Origin: the human T2T-CHM13v2.0 reference genome, Homo sapiens
Length of the DNA: 64,000 nucleotides
NCBI RefSeq assembly: GCF_009914755.1
Contig: NC_060937.1
Strand: one strand, 5' to 3'
The notes beneath the pieces were generated by a model. It ran no database searches. It had not been told where the DNA came from and saw only the letters and a list, made by a program, of their open reading frames with translations. Numbering within the stretch: the first letter of the stretch is position 1; each line of letters starts with the position of its first letter. The translations under genes and the position numbers were made by a program. Positions 15,018-27,330 of this stretch are shown piece by piece.

Positions 15018-16029
15018 TTCAGCCCTGATGAATAATTATGTATTTATTCAATAGCTAATATTTCCAGTCTGGGAGCTTGAGGAAGACAGAAGTGGGTATA
15101 TTTAGTAAGAAACCTAGGAAGGTAAGGAAGTAGAACATGAACCAAGTCTACTCGAGGTCTTGAAGGAGGTAACGTCTCAGTAGTTGTGGGTTGAGGCATG
15201 TGGATTTCATAAACAGAAGTGATAATTCGCAGTGATTACAAGCAGGCTACACAAATGATGTTTAATGGCTATTACATAGTATTTTCAGTAAATCAAATTT
15301 ATTTATGTAAATTTGAGGTGCTAATTTCATGTGTGATCTTCCTAAGGGCACCAAGAAAAGGAAACAGTGCCACAGGACAATATTCAGCAAAAGAAACTAT
15401 CGTGGGGATCTTTTTTTAATGGAACTTACTGCTATCAATGGTGAATCAAATATTTTCAGGTTCCCTCCATTTTAAAAGGAAAACTAAAACATGGACAAAA
15501 TGCCATCAGAGTCTACAAATCTCAGAGGAGACAGATGAACCCTCTCTAGCTCTGGAAAACTAATCTTCCCCACGTCTAATCAGAATGCTCCATCCCACCA
15601 TATGTATTTTGTCATAGATATGCCACCTCCCTTTTGGACAACATCTATTTTTCCTTCATATCATAAGCATGGCCTTCTTTGGTAACCTTCTTTCATGGGT
15701 CTCATTCTGAAGACATTATCAATGGTCACTATTTTACATCTCTGAAACTGTCATACCTCTCTTCTGCATTTCATGACTCAGTTCTGTGGATCTCTTATAC
15801 CCTACATAACCATCATCAGCTTCTTCACTCTCTTGCCATCTGACTTTTGGACTCACGGAAGCCATCAATGATCTCCTCCTTATCAAACTCAATGACATTG
15901 CTGGGTTCTCATCCTTAGAACTTCTTCCTTAGCGCTCTTCCTAGCCCTGGCTTAATGAATAACTTCTTCCATTTCTCCTCCACATCTGCTCCCTCATTCT
16001 GTCTCTATCAGTGAGTGCAAAGTCAAATG

Positions 16030-16340
16030 ATAGCAGATGTCAGAGAGGTAACATACATGACCAAGGCAGGCCAGAAAGGAACTAGCGCTAAGGAAGTGCT
16101 CAACTGAAGAAGGCTGGCTGGCTGCTACCCACCTCTGAACGACGACTATGCTCAGGGGAAAGGAGGCCCAGTGCCATCAGGTGTGCAAAGTTTAAGAGAA
16201 TCCAGAAATCTGAACTTTTAGGGAGGAAATATCCTCTTCAAACATTAGAAATTAGTTCAAAAAATGTTTTCTTACAAATACTTGCAAGCCAAATTAGGCA
16301 CATCAGAGTGGAGACCAGCCCCCAAGCTGTGTTTTCCACA
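16030..16340. mobile_element. hAT-Charlie DNA transposon relic (MER102-like)
   Basis: aagagaatccagaaatctgaactttta...aaacattagaaattagttca; a related segment lies at 33100-33180. Confidence 0.5.
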
Positions 16341-16576
16341 TCTGCCCCACTCTGCCTCCTCTATTCCACCCCATCAATTACATAAGACCCTGAGGCCAAG
16401 AAGGTCCTATGTGAGGTGGGGAGTAACCCACCCATGGACAGAATTCTTTGGTATGGAATGGAGAGATATGCTCTATTTGTGTGAGGAATAACATGCAGGA
16501 ATTTTCTTGAGGGGGCTGGAGAAGCAGAAAGGGAATTCAGGAAAGACAAATGGAAGCATCATCGATTATGAGAGTC

Positions 16577-17140
16577 TCTGTTGGGCTTCGTTGGCTGCAA
16601 AGGAAAAAGACATATCCAGATTCCCAAAAGTATTGGAGGTAGAACATGACTAGACTTGAGATCCATGGCAATTCTAGCAACCTGATTATCCAGGTAGCAA
16701 CCAGCAGCAGATGCTTGGTGATTTCTCTCTGGTGTTCCTCCTTAACAAGCCTCAGTTACTGTCAGATTCCAGCTCTCTTATGCACCTTCGTTCCTGGGCT
16801 CTCCTTCTAACCAGTGGGCATTTGTCTACATCTCCAGTTGAGTTCCTTCAAAGAATTCCAGTTTGAGCCTAATGATTTTCTGACTTTATTTGAACACTGC
16901 TTTAGTACCAGACTACCCACAGGCTGCAAGCCATGTAAAATTTGATTCCGTTGAGTCTCTACTCATGGGTCCAGTGTCTACCCCTGGTCAAATACATTGC
17001 AGTGGGCTGGAAGATTGTGTGGTGTGTACAGGACGCAGTCAGCTTGAGGCAACTCTCGTACTAGAAGCCTGGATGAGGCCAGCAGCTAGGGGATGAGATA
17101 GTCTTCTCTAGCCAGTGACTCTGGGGATGCCATTAGGAAG
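16577..17140 (-). mobile_element. Old MaLR LTR (MLT1-like) fragment
   Basis: Starts tgttgggcttcgttggctgcaaag, like the reversed MLT1 end; highly diverged. Confidence 0.4.
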
Positions 17141-18123
17141 TGACTGAAACATTCAGAACAACTAGTGCTGGAACAGGGAAGGAGTTTCAGAGGAAAAAAG
17201 GAACTCTGAGATTTCTACCAGGATCTGCAGAAAACAAATTGTTCAAACCTAGTCAGCTCAGGGAACAAGGGTATGAACTATAACAGGGAAAGGCAACATC
17301 TCAGAAGGCTGTAATCTCTATCTGGATACTAAATAACACCTGTCCTTAGTGCTGAAGCCATCGAGGAAATAAAGAGGTCAGATAGAAAAGAATCTTTATC
17401 TATGCATAGATAAAGCTGGACTGGATAATGTAGCTCAGACCCATCACCAAATGGACTTCGGAATATTTCAAGCTGGAAATAGGCAAATCTACCTGCATCA
17501 GTATTAGTCAAACTGAAATAACCCAAGTCTACTCACCCCAGAAGCCTTTGCAATAAGCAAGCAGTGAGCACAGCATATCCTGTGTCTGAGCAGATGCATG
17601 AAACAAGAGTTTCTTTTCCCAAACTTGCCAGAGAAATTCAGGTATTCCCCGCTTTTGTGAAGGGTGAAATAAAAGGTCAGATCTTTTCACTTTATGGTTA
17701 AGATAGAAATACGGAGAGGGGAAGAATTGTGCCTCCTAATAATTCTCAGGTCAGATTTCTGGGCATTGTTTTGAAAATTCAATGAGATAATAAATGTACT
17801 TATTTAGACAAAAATTTTTTGAGCGCTCACCATAAGCAAGGAGACCAGGTCTCTGTCCTCATGGAGGGCAAATGATTATGGTATCTAGGGCAATAAACTG
17901 TGTGTATGAAAATGTTTACTCAAGAGAGATTCAGGTCTTAAATGAGAACTTCTTTAGGAATCTACGTAACTTTACTTAGATTTTACTCACATTGTAAAAC
18001 CTAGGCATGGAAGCATAGTTAAAAGATTAAATCTAATGACAGTTATCTGCTGAGACATACAACCTCTTATATGGAAAAAGTTAGAGACTGACTCTGACTC
18101 TAAAAGTCAGTCTCTGACTTCTT

Positions 18124-18259
18124 TTTTTTTTTTTTTTTTTTTGAGATGGAGTTTTGCTCTTGTCGCCCAGGCCAGAGTGCAATGGCACAATCTCACTGCA
18201 ACCTCCACCTCCTGAGTTCCAGCGATTCTCCTGCCTCAGCCTCCCGAGTAGCTGGGACT
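18124..18259 (-). mobile_element. 5'-truncated Alu (right-arm portion only) with 15-bp TSD
   Basis: Poly-T, then GAGATGGAGTTTTGCTCTTGTCGCCCAGG...GCTGGGACT. TSD agtctctgacttctt (18109-18123) / agtctctgacgtctt (18260-18274). Confidence 0.93.
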
Positions 18260-18733
18260 AGTCTCTGACGTCTTGAAACTCTAAGCATCAAATTGTGTTT
18301 TCTCTAATCATACTCAGACTCTGCTATACAGCATGAGAGTCTCCAGTACTTGCCTGCCTCAGGGAAGAGTGACTCCTAGGCCAGGCCAGGTGGGCCATCT
18401 AAGTATGGGTATGTACCCAGTGAGAGAACCCACCTATTTCTATCACCTCCTCTATCTTCTTTAATATTTCCAGCCTGGGAGCATTTCCCCAGGGGTGTCC
18501 CCAGCTGGTTCTTCACCCCTCCATATGGAAGATAATAGTGCCACAGGCTTGGCTCCCATGGGAGCAAATGGATCCTTAGTCTGAAACATGAAGCAGGTGT
18601 TAACACCTGGTGAAGGTAATAAGTTCAGAGCTTGCATGGATCCGTTACCCTTTCTGCTCTCAGAAGTGCTAATATTTATTCCAGCATGTTCAGCGACATC
18701 CTGCCAGACCAGAGTTCTTAACTCTTCCTAGTG

Positions 18734-18904
18734 TAGTGGTTCTCAAACTTCCAGGCATCAGAATCTCCTGAAGACCTTGTTAAAACCCAGATTACTGGTC
18801 CTCACCCCCAAAGTTTCTGATTCAGTTGGGCCAAAGGATTTACTTTTCTAACAAGTTCCCAGTACTGCTAATGCTGCTGGTCAGGGACATACTTAGAGAA
18901 CGTG
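18734..18904. mobile_element. MER5A hAT-Charlie DNA transposon
   Basis: tagtggttctcaaactt...catcagaatc...tttctaacaagttcccag...tgctgctggtc...gagaac. Confidence 0.85.
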
Positions 18905-19589
18905 AGTCCTAGGGGATGCTTGATTCTTCTGAAATTCCATGCTTGATCTGTCTGTATGTGCCTGTGTGATTTTTGTTCTAACGTGTGTTTCATAGCTTTC
19001 ATCAGAATCTCAAACCAACCAAACAAAAGCCAGTACCTTTAAGAGCATCAACTAAGGCAAAATACCTAGAGGAATGCTGATCTCAAAAGAGAATACACAA
19101 TGGTGCCAAAAATACAAAAGCATTGGATAGAGCAAAGTTAGCTCCACAACAAGTGCTCAGAGTTATTGGGTAGGAGCTGGGTAATGGCTGATAGGCACAA
19201 TCAAAATAAAGGGATTTGAATAGAAATTGATATTCTCACCCTACAAGAATTTATTTTTAATTATAGATAATTATTCTGAATTACAACAAGATGATTTGAA
19301 GCATTACGCTAATTCAGGAGTAATAAAGCATGAATTGCCGATGCAATCTTTAAAAATGTAACCTATCAGTCAACACTGGAACAGCAACAGACAAAAGGCT
19401 ATGATCTGACATTATTATTTTATGGAGTCACAGTTAAAACTAGCCTTCGATTTACTCTTTACAAGCCCCCATAGGGCAATGAGAGATGCCAAATACCTGC
19501 GGCTCCATGTGGAGCCGAATGAAGATCTATATCCCTGCAGGCTGCCCTCCCCACTGGCTGACTCTCAGAATCCCTTGCTTTTTAGAGGC

Positions 19590-19800
19590 AATGGAACACA
19601 ATCCATACAAGCACAAACTAGTGTCCAGTCAGAACTTGGCTCAAATCCTATCTTTGACCTTTACTAACTCAATGACCCTAAGCAAGTACTTCAACCTCTC
19701 TGAGCCTTAGCTGCCTCATCTGTTAAATGGGAAGGATAGCCTAACATACAGGGTTCTCCTGATGATTACATAATATAATTGGTAAAATGCCTGACAACAA
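19590..19800 (+). mobile_element. MIR SINE
   Basis: gcaagtacttcaacctctctgagccttagctgcctcatctgttaaatggg. Confidence 0.8.
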
Positions 19801-22577
19801 ACCATAACTTGAATCAGGTCCTGCCCTGTACTATGATGGAGCTAGTAGAATCATATTACCTATTATATTTAGGAAGTAGAAGTAAGTCTTCCAAGGAGCC
19901 ATCTCAGACTCAGTGTCATTTAACAGGATACAGCAGGCTGCCTAGTTTTCATATAGCTAACATTGCATAAGCATTGTGGCTCACAGTCTAAGAATGCTAC
20001 CCGAGCTTGCAGGCCAAGTGAGATCCCTTTAGTCAGGGATGGGAGAAAGTAATTGCTCAGTTGCTGACTAAACATCTGCCCAATGTATATTCTCTTTCCT
20101 GAATCTAAGAGACCACAGACTGACGAAGAAGGAGAAGGGAGAGGGGAGTAGGTTACAAATGTCTCCCATATAGTGAGTGCTAATTTCTATAGCAAGAAAG
20201 CAGATACCGTGGCTACTTTACTCAAAGTGAAAATACTTCATAAGGAAGGGAAAAAAAACAGGATTGAGCACCATCTATGAGTCAGTTTTGCTTGCACGTA
20301 ATTACATAATGCCCTTTTTTGTAGAGGAAAAACCACAATAATATTGCCTAAGTTCATGGAGGCAATGATTAGTAGAGGCTGGATTAAAACCTAGATCTAC
20401 CTCACCCCAAATTTCATGTGTTTTTGGTTAAACCATTCTGTCTTTACCAAAATAGCCAACTTCTTCTACTTTATAGCATTGTTGTTTTAAGTTGAAGAAA
20501 AGAAAGATGGTGGATACATAAAGAAGAAAGACCAGAATGTGCCTACAATTGAAAGTAAGTTAAGAAAAAATCACCTCCCCATACGCAATCAGAACAAAAA
20601 TTAATGGCCAAACACACAAAAGCACTTGACACAAAATACATGATCAATCTCAGAGCACAAGATCTTCTTTATCTCTTTTTTTGGAACTCAGAGAGTCAAC
20701 CTGACTAAATGGTGAAGGCAATGAGGTCAAGGACCTGTTAAGGGCAGTGGAGAGTTGGAACTAGCTGGAGCACCCTTGGCTGTCAAATTCAGAGGGAAGG
20801 CAACAAAAAGCTTTGCCTGGTGAGCTTGTATTGATCTTTGAGAATAAGGATCTATGTAGATAGACCTAAATTAGTTAGGGTAGACCCAGAGACAGATCTC
20901 TGTACTTGGTTTCAGCCAAGCATTGCATTTGGATCAGGGTGGCAAAAGGGCCTTAACCAGAGAACAAACTGCCATAGCAACAGGTTAAAAGACCATGGAG
21001 AGTTGATGGAGCTAGAGGCCTAGTAATTTACACTACAGAGGCATGAACCTGCTCAGCCCAGTTGGCTCTAAGCCTAGACTGCAACCCGGCAGCCCACCAG
21101 CCAGAAGGGGCCATCACACAGACAGGCTTCTTGGTTTGATCTTCCTGGTGTTCCCTTGTGGGAAAAATATGGAGCTAGACGGACATAGTCCAACTTGATT
21201 GCTTGCCTGCCCCATGAAGGCATGAGTTTGAAACTCTTGGTTTTAAGTGGACATTACTCCTAGGCAATAGCTTGGGGTTATCAACCTGAAAACACTCATC
21301 ATTGAAATTGTAGATATTGTAGACATAACTGGAATTCAGAATCTGCATAACAGAATGGACAATAATGAAGAATATTTGGTAAATATAGAATACATACAAT
21401 GTTCACCTTCTCATCCATACCTTAGGTCTAAGGAGTACCCATTATGGGTCAGAGGTTATGCTCAATCAAACTACAAAGACACATAAGGTATAATGACTAC
21501 CCTCCAAAGGATTGTTTAGTAGTGTAACTGGGGAGGTAGCCTGTGCGTAAAAAGATTTATAACAATGCCTTGGCATCTGTTAAATGCCAAGTAAGAAGGT
21601 AGACAATAAGGGAGAAAGGTGCACTGTAGTTCATTGTGGTCTGAGATGGTTTAGGTTGGCTTCGCAAAGGAGGTAGAACATTAACTGGATCTCGGTTAAA
21701 GTTAGGTTTAGATGAGTAGAACAAGAGAAACGAGGGTACTCCAAAGAATAAAGGAGAGGCGCCAGAAATGTGCGTGGCAAGGTTGATGATAGTGAATAGA
21801 TCAGTCTGGCTGAAGTTGTGAATTCATACAGAAAGAGGAATGTGCATTCAGGAATTTTAAGAATAATCTCACATTCAGATTTGGAAGACTATATATCATA
21901 TTACAGCCCCTAATTTTTGGTTTGGGAAACTGTGATCATCATAAACCCTGATAAAAGCTTTCAAGCCAAGAAAGCAAGTCCTGTTTGTCATTCTATCATT
22001 GTGTCCCTATCACAGTATTTGGAACTTAGTAGGCTAAATGAGCTAATGCAATTTGTTCTCTATACTTTAAAACTTATGTTCCTGATAAATATTTAATTAT
22101 CAAAAATCATATAGGGACTTAGGGGTTAAATTTTCAGATGTGCAATTACAAAGTTTTTTTTCTTTCTGGAATTAAAAATACATATATAAGAGCATAGCTT
22201 TAAGAAACCAAACATCTTTGAGCAAAGCCATTCATCTAGCTTAAGAAAGGCATTTCTTTTCCTATCACCATGTAAGGGCAGAGTTGCTCACATTTTCTTA
22301 TCATTCACTAATGAGCCAAATAAACTACACAGCTTCTCCAAGCGGCTGTGCAGGGCAAACTTGAACATTTTCTTCCTTAAGAAGTTATGATTACTGGGTG
22401 GTTTTAGAATACAGTTGTTTGGAATAAACAGTAGGTGTAATCCATTATTCTTAATTAATTGATCCCATCATATCCAATTCTTGTTACAAAAGCTCTGTTG
22501 TAGAAGAAATGCCAATGTTTGTAGTTGGATGAATGAATGAATAAATACATGCAGAAGAACTATTGGTGACCACACTC

Positions 22578-22735
22578 TAGATGTTTCTCAAAATGTTGTT
22601 AGTGAACTACTTGCACCAGAATCAACCAGAATACTGATTTAGAACTCATCATTCTCAAAGGTGAGGCTCAGAAATCTGCATTTTAGTAAGCTTCTAAAAT
22701 GATTCTGATGAGCTCTAATTGCTAGAATCTTTGCT
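22578..22735. mobile_element. MER5-type DNA transposon
   Basis: gtttctcaaaatg...caccagaatcaacc...gaaatctgcatttttagtaagc...tgattctgatg. Confidence 0.7.
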
Positions 22736-23527
22736 ATAAAGTAGGGAGACAGCAGACTTTGGAAAACAATGTAAGTTAAGCTAAGAAGTAATTCTACGAG
22801 CTCCTGATTATAGGGCAGGGAAAGTCCAGGACAGAGAACTCCAATTGTTTTTCTGAGGCTCCTGCTGGCAGAAGCACCCTGAATGTATGATTTGAGTCGG
22901 TGGAGGGGGGTGCAGCTTGTAGAGCAAGAAATAGAGAACAGAGTTCAGTCTAGGACACTGAGACCTGCCTTCTAGGATCCAGACAAGCAAGGGTATCATG
23001 AACCAGCACAAATGACTACTGCTCCTAGGACGGTGTTGCTGCCTCATGCCATGGCTCTTCCTTCCAGGAATGGAGCAACACAGGCTTGTGGGATGCAAGA
23101 TGTTCCCTGGAGCAAGACAGAATCCCACAAGGGCAGGTCACAACCGTCAGATCCTTTGGGATCCTTTGGGAAGACTACACAGCTTTAATAAGTTGTTTGG
23201 ACTTCTATCTGTAGCTAACAAGGGTCACAAGGCATTTGATTTTTAGGATGAGGGAGGATGTGTCCAAAAGAGCACTTGAGAAGGTGAATCTGGTAAACAT
23301 ATGCAGATTGTATTGGAAGGGACAGAAATCATAGGAATCCAGTAAGGAGACCACTACCTCAGTTTACCTATTATAGTCTGCCCAGTTCTTTTGATGGCTA
23401 TCACATTCTCTGCCAGCACTGATTACTTCAGACTGTCTCTCTAAAGTGTAGAAATGATGTCTGACCAATCTTTGTGTTTCCTATTATGTCTGGTGCTGAA
23501 CTGAATTGAGCACTCTCAATCAACGTA

Positions 23528-23647
23528 TACTACCTCCTAGTAGTGCAAATACAGTTGAGTGTCAATTCAATGCAAAGTATACTAAAAGGTGTACTACCTC
23601 CTAGTAGTGGAAATACAATGGAATATTAATTCAATGCAAATCATACT
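23528..23647 (+). repeat. Tandem duplication, period 64 bp
   Basis: 23528-23583 vs 23592-23647, 48/56 identical. Confidence 0.9.
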
Positions 23648-23671
23648 TATCAGCCTTTTTATATTCTTCTA

Positions 23672-24390
23672 ATTATTCAACAAATATTAACTGGATAACA
23701 ATTTTGTGCCAGACAATGTACTTAACACTGGGAATAAAGCACAGAGAAACAGACACGGACCTGCCTTGATGGGAAGTGCTGTCTACTGGGAGACAGGCAT
23801 CAGAGGCAGAGAGCATGCAAGGCCATTTCAAGCAGAAGAACACAAGCAAAAGAGTAGAGGCCCCAAGAAGACCTGTGTCCACCATGTTGGTAAAGTAAGG
23901 GTCTCATGAGGTGGGGCAGTGGGGACAGAGGGCAAAGCATGGCCTTGAATGTCCTGCAAAGGAGTTTGAAAGTTAACCAATAGACACTATAAAGCCATTG
24001 AAGGTTTTTTGGAAGCAGGTGATTTAACCGACAAGGTTTGGGTTTTTAGAAAATAGATTTTATAACAAAGAACAACATAGCCTACAAAAGGTTGACTCTT
24101 GAGACAAGTGTGTCAGTTAGAACATTATCGCAATAGTCCAGGTGAAAGATGATAAAGGCCTGAGCCCAAGCATTAACAAAAAGAATAGTCTACAGAGGCC
24201 AAAAAGGTCCATATAGGAGATAAAATCTATGCAGCTTATCACTGGCTGAGGAAGGGGAGGAGAGTAAGCTAGAAAGAGTTGAAAAATGTCCCTGTTCTGA
24301 TGACCACTTGAATGAAGAGAATCTCATTAATTAGATTACGCAAGAAGGAGGGAGAGTTTGTACGAACCAAGCTGGCACATTCAGTTCTGA
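23672..24390 (-). mobile_element. L2 LINE 3' portion
   Basis: attcaacaaatatt...tgtgccagac...gcaatagtccaggtgaaagatgataaaggcctgag, reverse L2. Confidence 0.8.
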
Positions 24391-26692
24391 TTCAACCTTC
24401 GTGATGCAGTTAAGAGTATCCCATTAAACTTACTGACGTGACCACAGCTCTTAGCTCCTCTGAGCTCTCCAGTACACCACCATTAGTTAACCTCATCAGG
24501 TACAAGCTCATTACCTCCTAATGCAGCCACTGTTTGCTAGATGCCTACTTTGTTAAAGTCTGGCAGTAGGTGTCATTTTGGAGTGGGGTAGATTAAATGG
24601 TGAATTGAGATATAGCTCCTGCCTTCAGAAGCTCACAAGCCAGGAGCAATCGATGCATGCATCCTTCCTGTGGGCCCGATCATGCACTGAGCACTGGCTA
24701 CACCAGATGAGTGAGCTGCTGCACCGGTAGATCCACATACAGAAACAAATTAGGTGCCAATGCTGCTCTACGACTAAAATGGATTCCTGTAGCTCACAAT
24801 TTCAAATGTTAGTTCATTAAGCCCATTTTAGTTTTCTCACTTATTGCTGTTTGTAAAGGGAAAGTTATCACTTTAAACAAAAATATGCCCCCTAGATAGG
24901 GGTATGTATTCTATACACGTGTAGATAATACACAAAAATACTTCATTTGAAATAAGGATTCTGCGGTTTAAAAGTAAACATGTAGTCTGACAGTCTGAAA
25001 ACCACTGGACTACAGCAGCAGCTTCCCCATCGGCCCAGAAGCCTGGCAAGCATTGGTAAGTCACGTGCTACAGAGCTGCCACACAATTTCCATTCAATTC
25101 AATTGCCCAGTCCCAGCTTCGGACAAGTTTGTCTAGACCCAACATGAGTGTCCACAAGATGCAAAAACAGCTGCTTAATTCAATTTAAGAAATTCAATCA
25201 CCTAGACTTTTTTTTTCCTCTAAGACACCAGCCAAGTGTTTGGACTAATTTTTTTTTATTTCCAGAGAATTTATTGGTTCACATCACATAGACAAGAACT
25301 CTATGTCCAAAGAACTTGGAGTTTCAAAGCGACATGATGATGCAATGAGACATTTTGACCAAATTCCATCCTGAATTTGATGAATCCACCCAAAAGGAGA
25401 AAAGTGGCTGCTTCTGGTTTGCACCCATTCTCAAGGCAGTGGGGCATAGTACAAACATACCTGGACTGGGAATGTGGAAGTCAGGATTCTCTTAAGGGCT
25501 CTGCTCCTAACTGGCTACAAAGCCTGGGCTCAGGCTTCCTCATCTATTAAGTAAACTATTTGAACTGGTTGATTTCAGAGGTTCTACCCAGCTCTAAAAA
25601 TTCTATAATCCTGAGAACATCTCTTTAAGCATAGTTCTCTAACTTTGCTGTTCTGAATAAACATGATCTGGTCACACTGAAATTTCCTGTCCTTGGTAAT
25701 TACAATTAATTAGCAGAAATCTATGGCATAAAAAATTAATCGTAGTGCAATAAGGATTATAAAAGCTAGCCAGATGGTGTTGAGATGAACTAAGAGAAGA
25801 AACTTCTTTTTCAATTCTAAAGCCCTATTTCAAGTGTTTGTAGGCTTTTTGGACTTGGGTGGTTACCAGCAAGTCATTAGTAGTTTCTGCAAGCAGGACC
25901 CAGCCTAAGCTCGGCCTGGCTTTGAAAGAATACGGTCTGGTCTGAAGTTTCATTTGGAGCCTGGTCAGAAATACGCTGTTGATGGTGGTGAGATCTATCT
26001 TTTTCTGTGTTTAAGGACAAAGAGTCTTCTGACAAGCCAGTGGAAAGAAAGAGTCTCAATCCAGACAGAGCAAGTCAGGTCTGCAGTGTCTGTCTTGTTT
26101 GCTGTAAAGCTAAGAAGGAGGATATTTTAGAAGAAAATATAAAAAGGAAAGAAAGGCTTGCTAAGGGCCTCCTGCTGTTTGACTGTACCTCACCCTGGCT
26201 AGGGAGTGGGAGAGTTTTATTAAGCTATTCCCTTCAAGCCTGCATAGCTTAGGAGTGACTTTTCAACTCAGAAACTTGGGATTAGAATATATTTTGAAAG
26301 CAGATCTGGGTTTCTAGTGGCGTCTGGTCTCCATCCTTCTCGTGTTTATTCTTAAATCCTGGTTGCCCTCCCTTCTCTTGTTATCTGCTGATAAGGATTC
26401 AGGTTAATGCCTTATTATGGAACTATTTTAAAATTTACGGTAATTTCAGAGTAGAACTAAGACCTTCCAGGTAAGTTTTCTTGTGCCAAAGAGTGGCACA
26501 CTGTCCTCCAACCTATGGAGACTCATGATTTTGTTTCACAGATTGGATTCCCTTATTCTGGCCTCTCAATTCAATGTGCTAGCCCCCTGGGGAAAAGGAA
26601 ACACGGCCTCAAACCAAATAGAACCCAATCCACACCTACGTTTTCACAAGGGAGTTGGCCTGCATGAAACTGTAGGAAAAGACCTAATAAAG

Positions 26693-26970
26693 CACGTGAG
26701 TATTTAACCCAACTCCAACAAATGATTAACTACAACGTGAGGAGAAAAACAATAACAGGAACCAACAATGATATGAACATGGTGATGAGTCATCCGCCAA
26801 CCCTTGCTGATTGACGTCAGACCAGCCACAAAGGGTGTTTTACAAGTTAAGGACAAAGTGACCTCCAGGGTTACATGCTACAGGGCTCTTTAGATTGTTT
26901 CCTTTCCTCCAGGTCCCATGGCTAAAGGTGTATAAATGCATAGCAAGGGGGCTTTCAGCAAGTTGCAGTC
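26693..26970 (+). promoter_or_regulatory. Candidate signal-inducible enhancer/TATA promoter
   Basis: CACGTG 26693-26698, GATGAGTCATC (AP-1) 26784-26794, TGACGTCA (full CRE) 26812-26819, TATAAAT 26931-26937, in non-repeat sequence. Confidence 0.5.
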
Positions 26971-27059
26971 TCAATTTCAGAACTGCTGCCCAAAAGAGGT
27001 TTAAATTATCTGAATGTATTCTAAGAAAACAAATCTAGCAATTTCAAAACTTTCCAACA

Positions 27060-27330
27060 AAAATCTATGTTTACACTCTTTCTGACCACCAGTATAAAAG
27101 TTTCTTTCTCTTCCCACCCTGACTTTATCACCATAACTCTTCCCTGCATGATATATTTTTCCTTGTTGCACTTATTACTGCCTGATGTGCCATACATTTG
27201 TCTATGTCTGCCCCACGACCCACTAGAATATAAACATTTTGAGAACAGGGACTTTGTTACTTTCACTGCTATATCCCCAACATAGAAGTCGCTATCCAGC
27301 TCACAGAAGGTATGAACGAATTAATGAATC
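27060..27330 (+). mobile_element. L2 3' end
   Basis: ccactagaatataaacattttgagaacagggactttg...ttcactgctatatcccca...gaattaatgaat. Confidence 0.8.
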
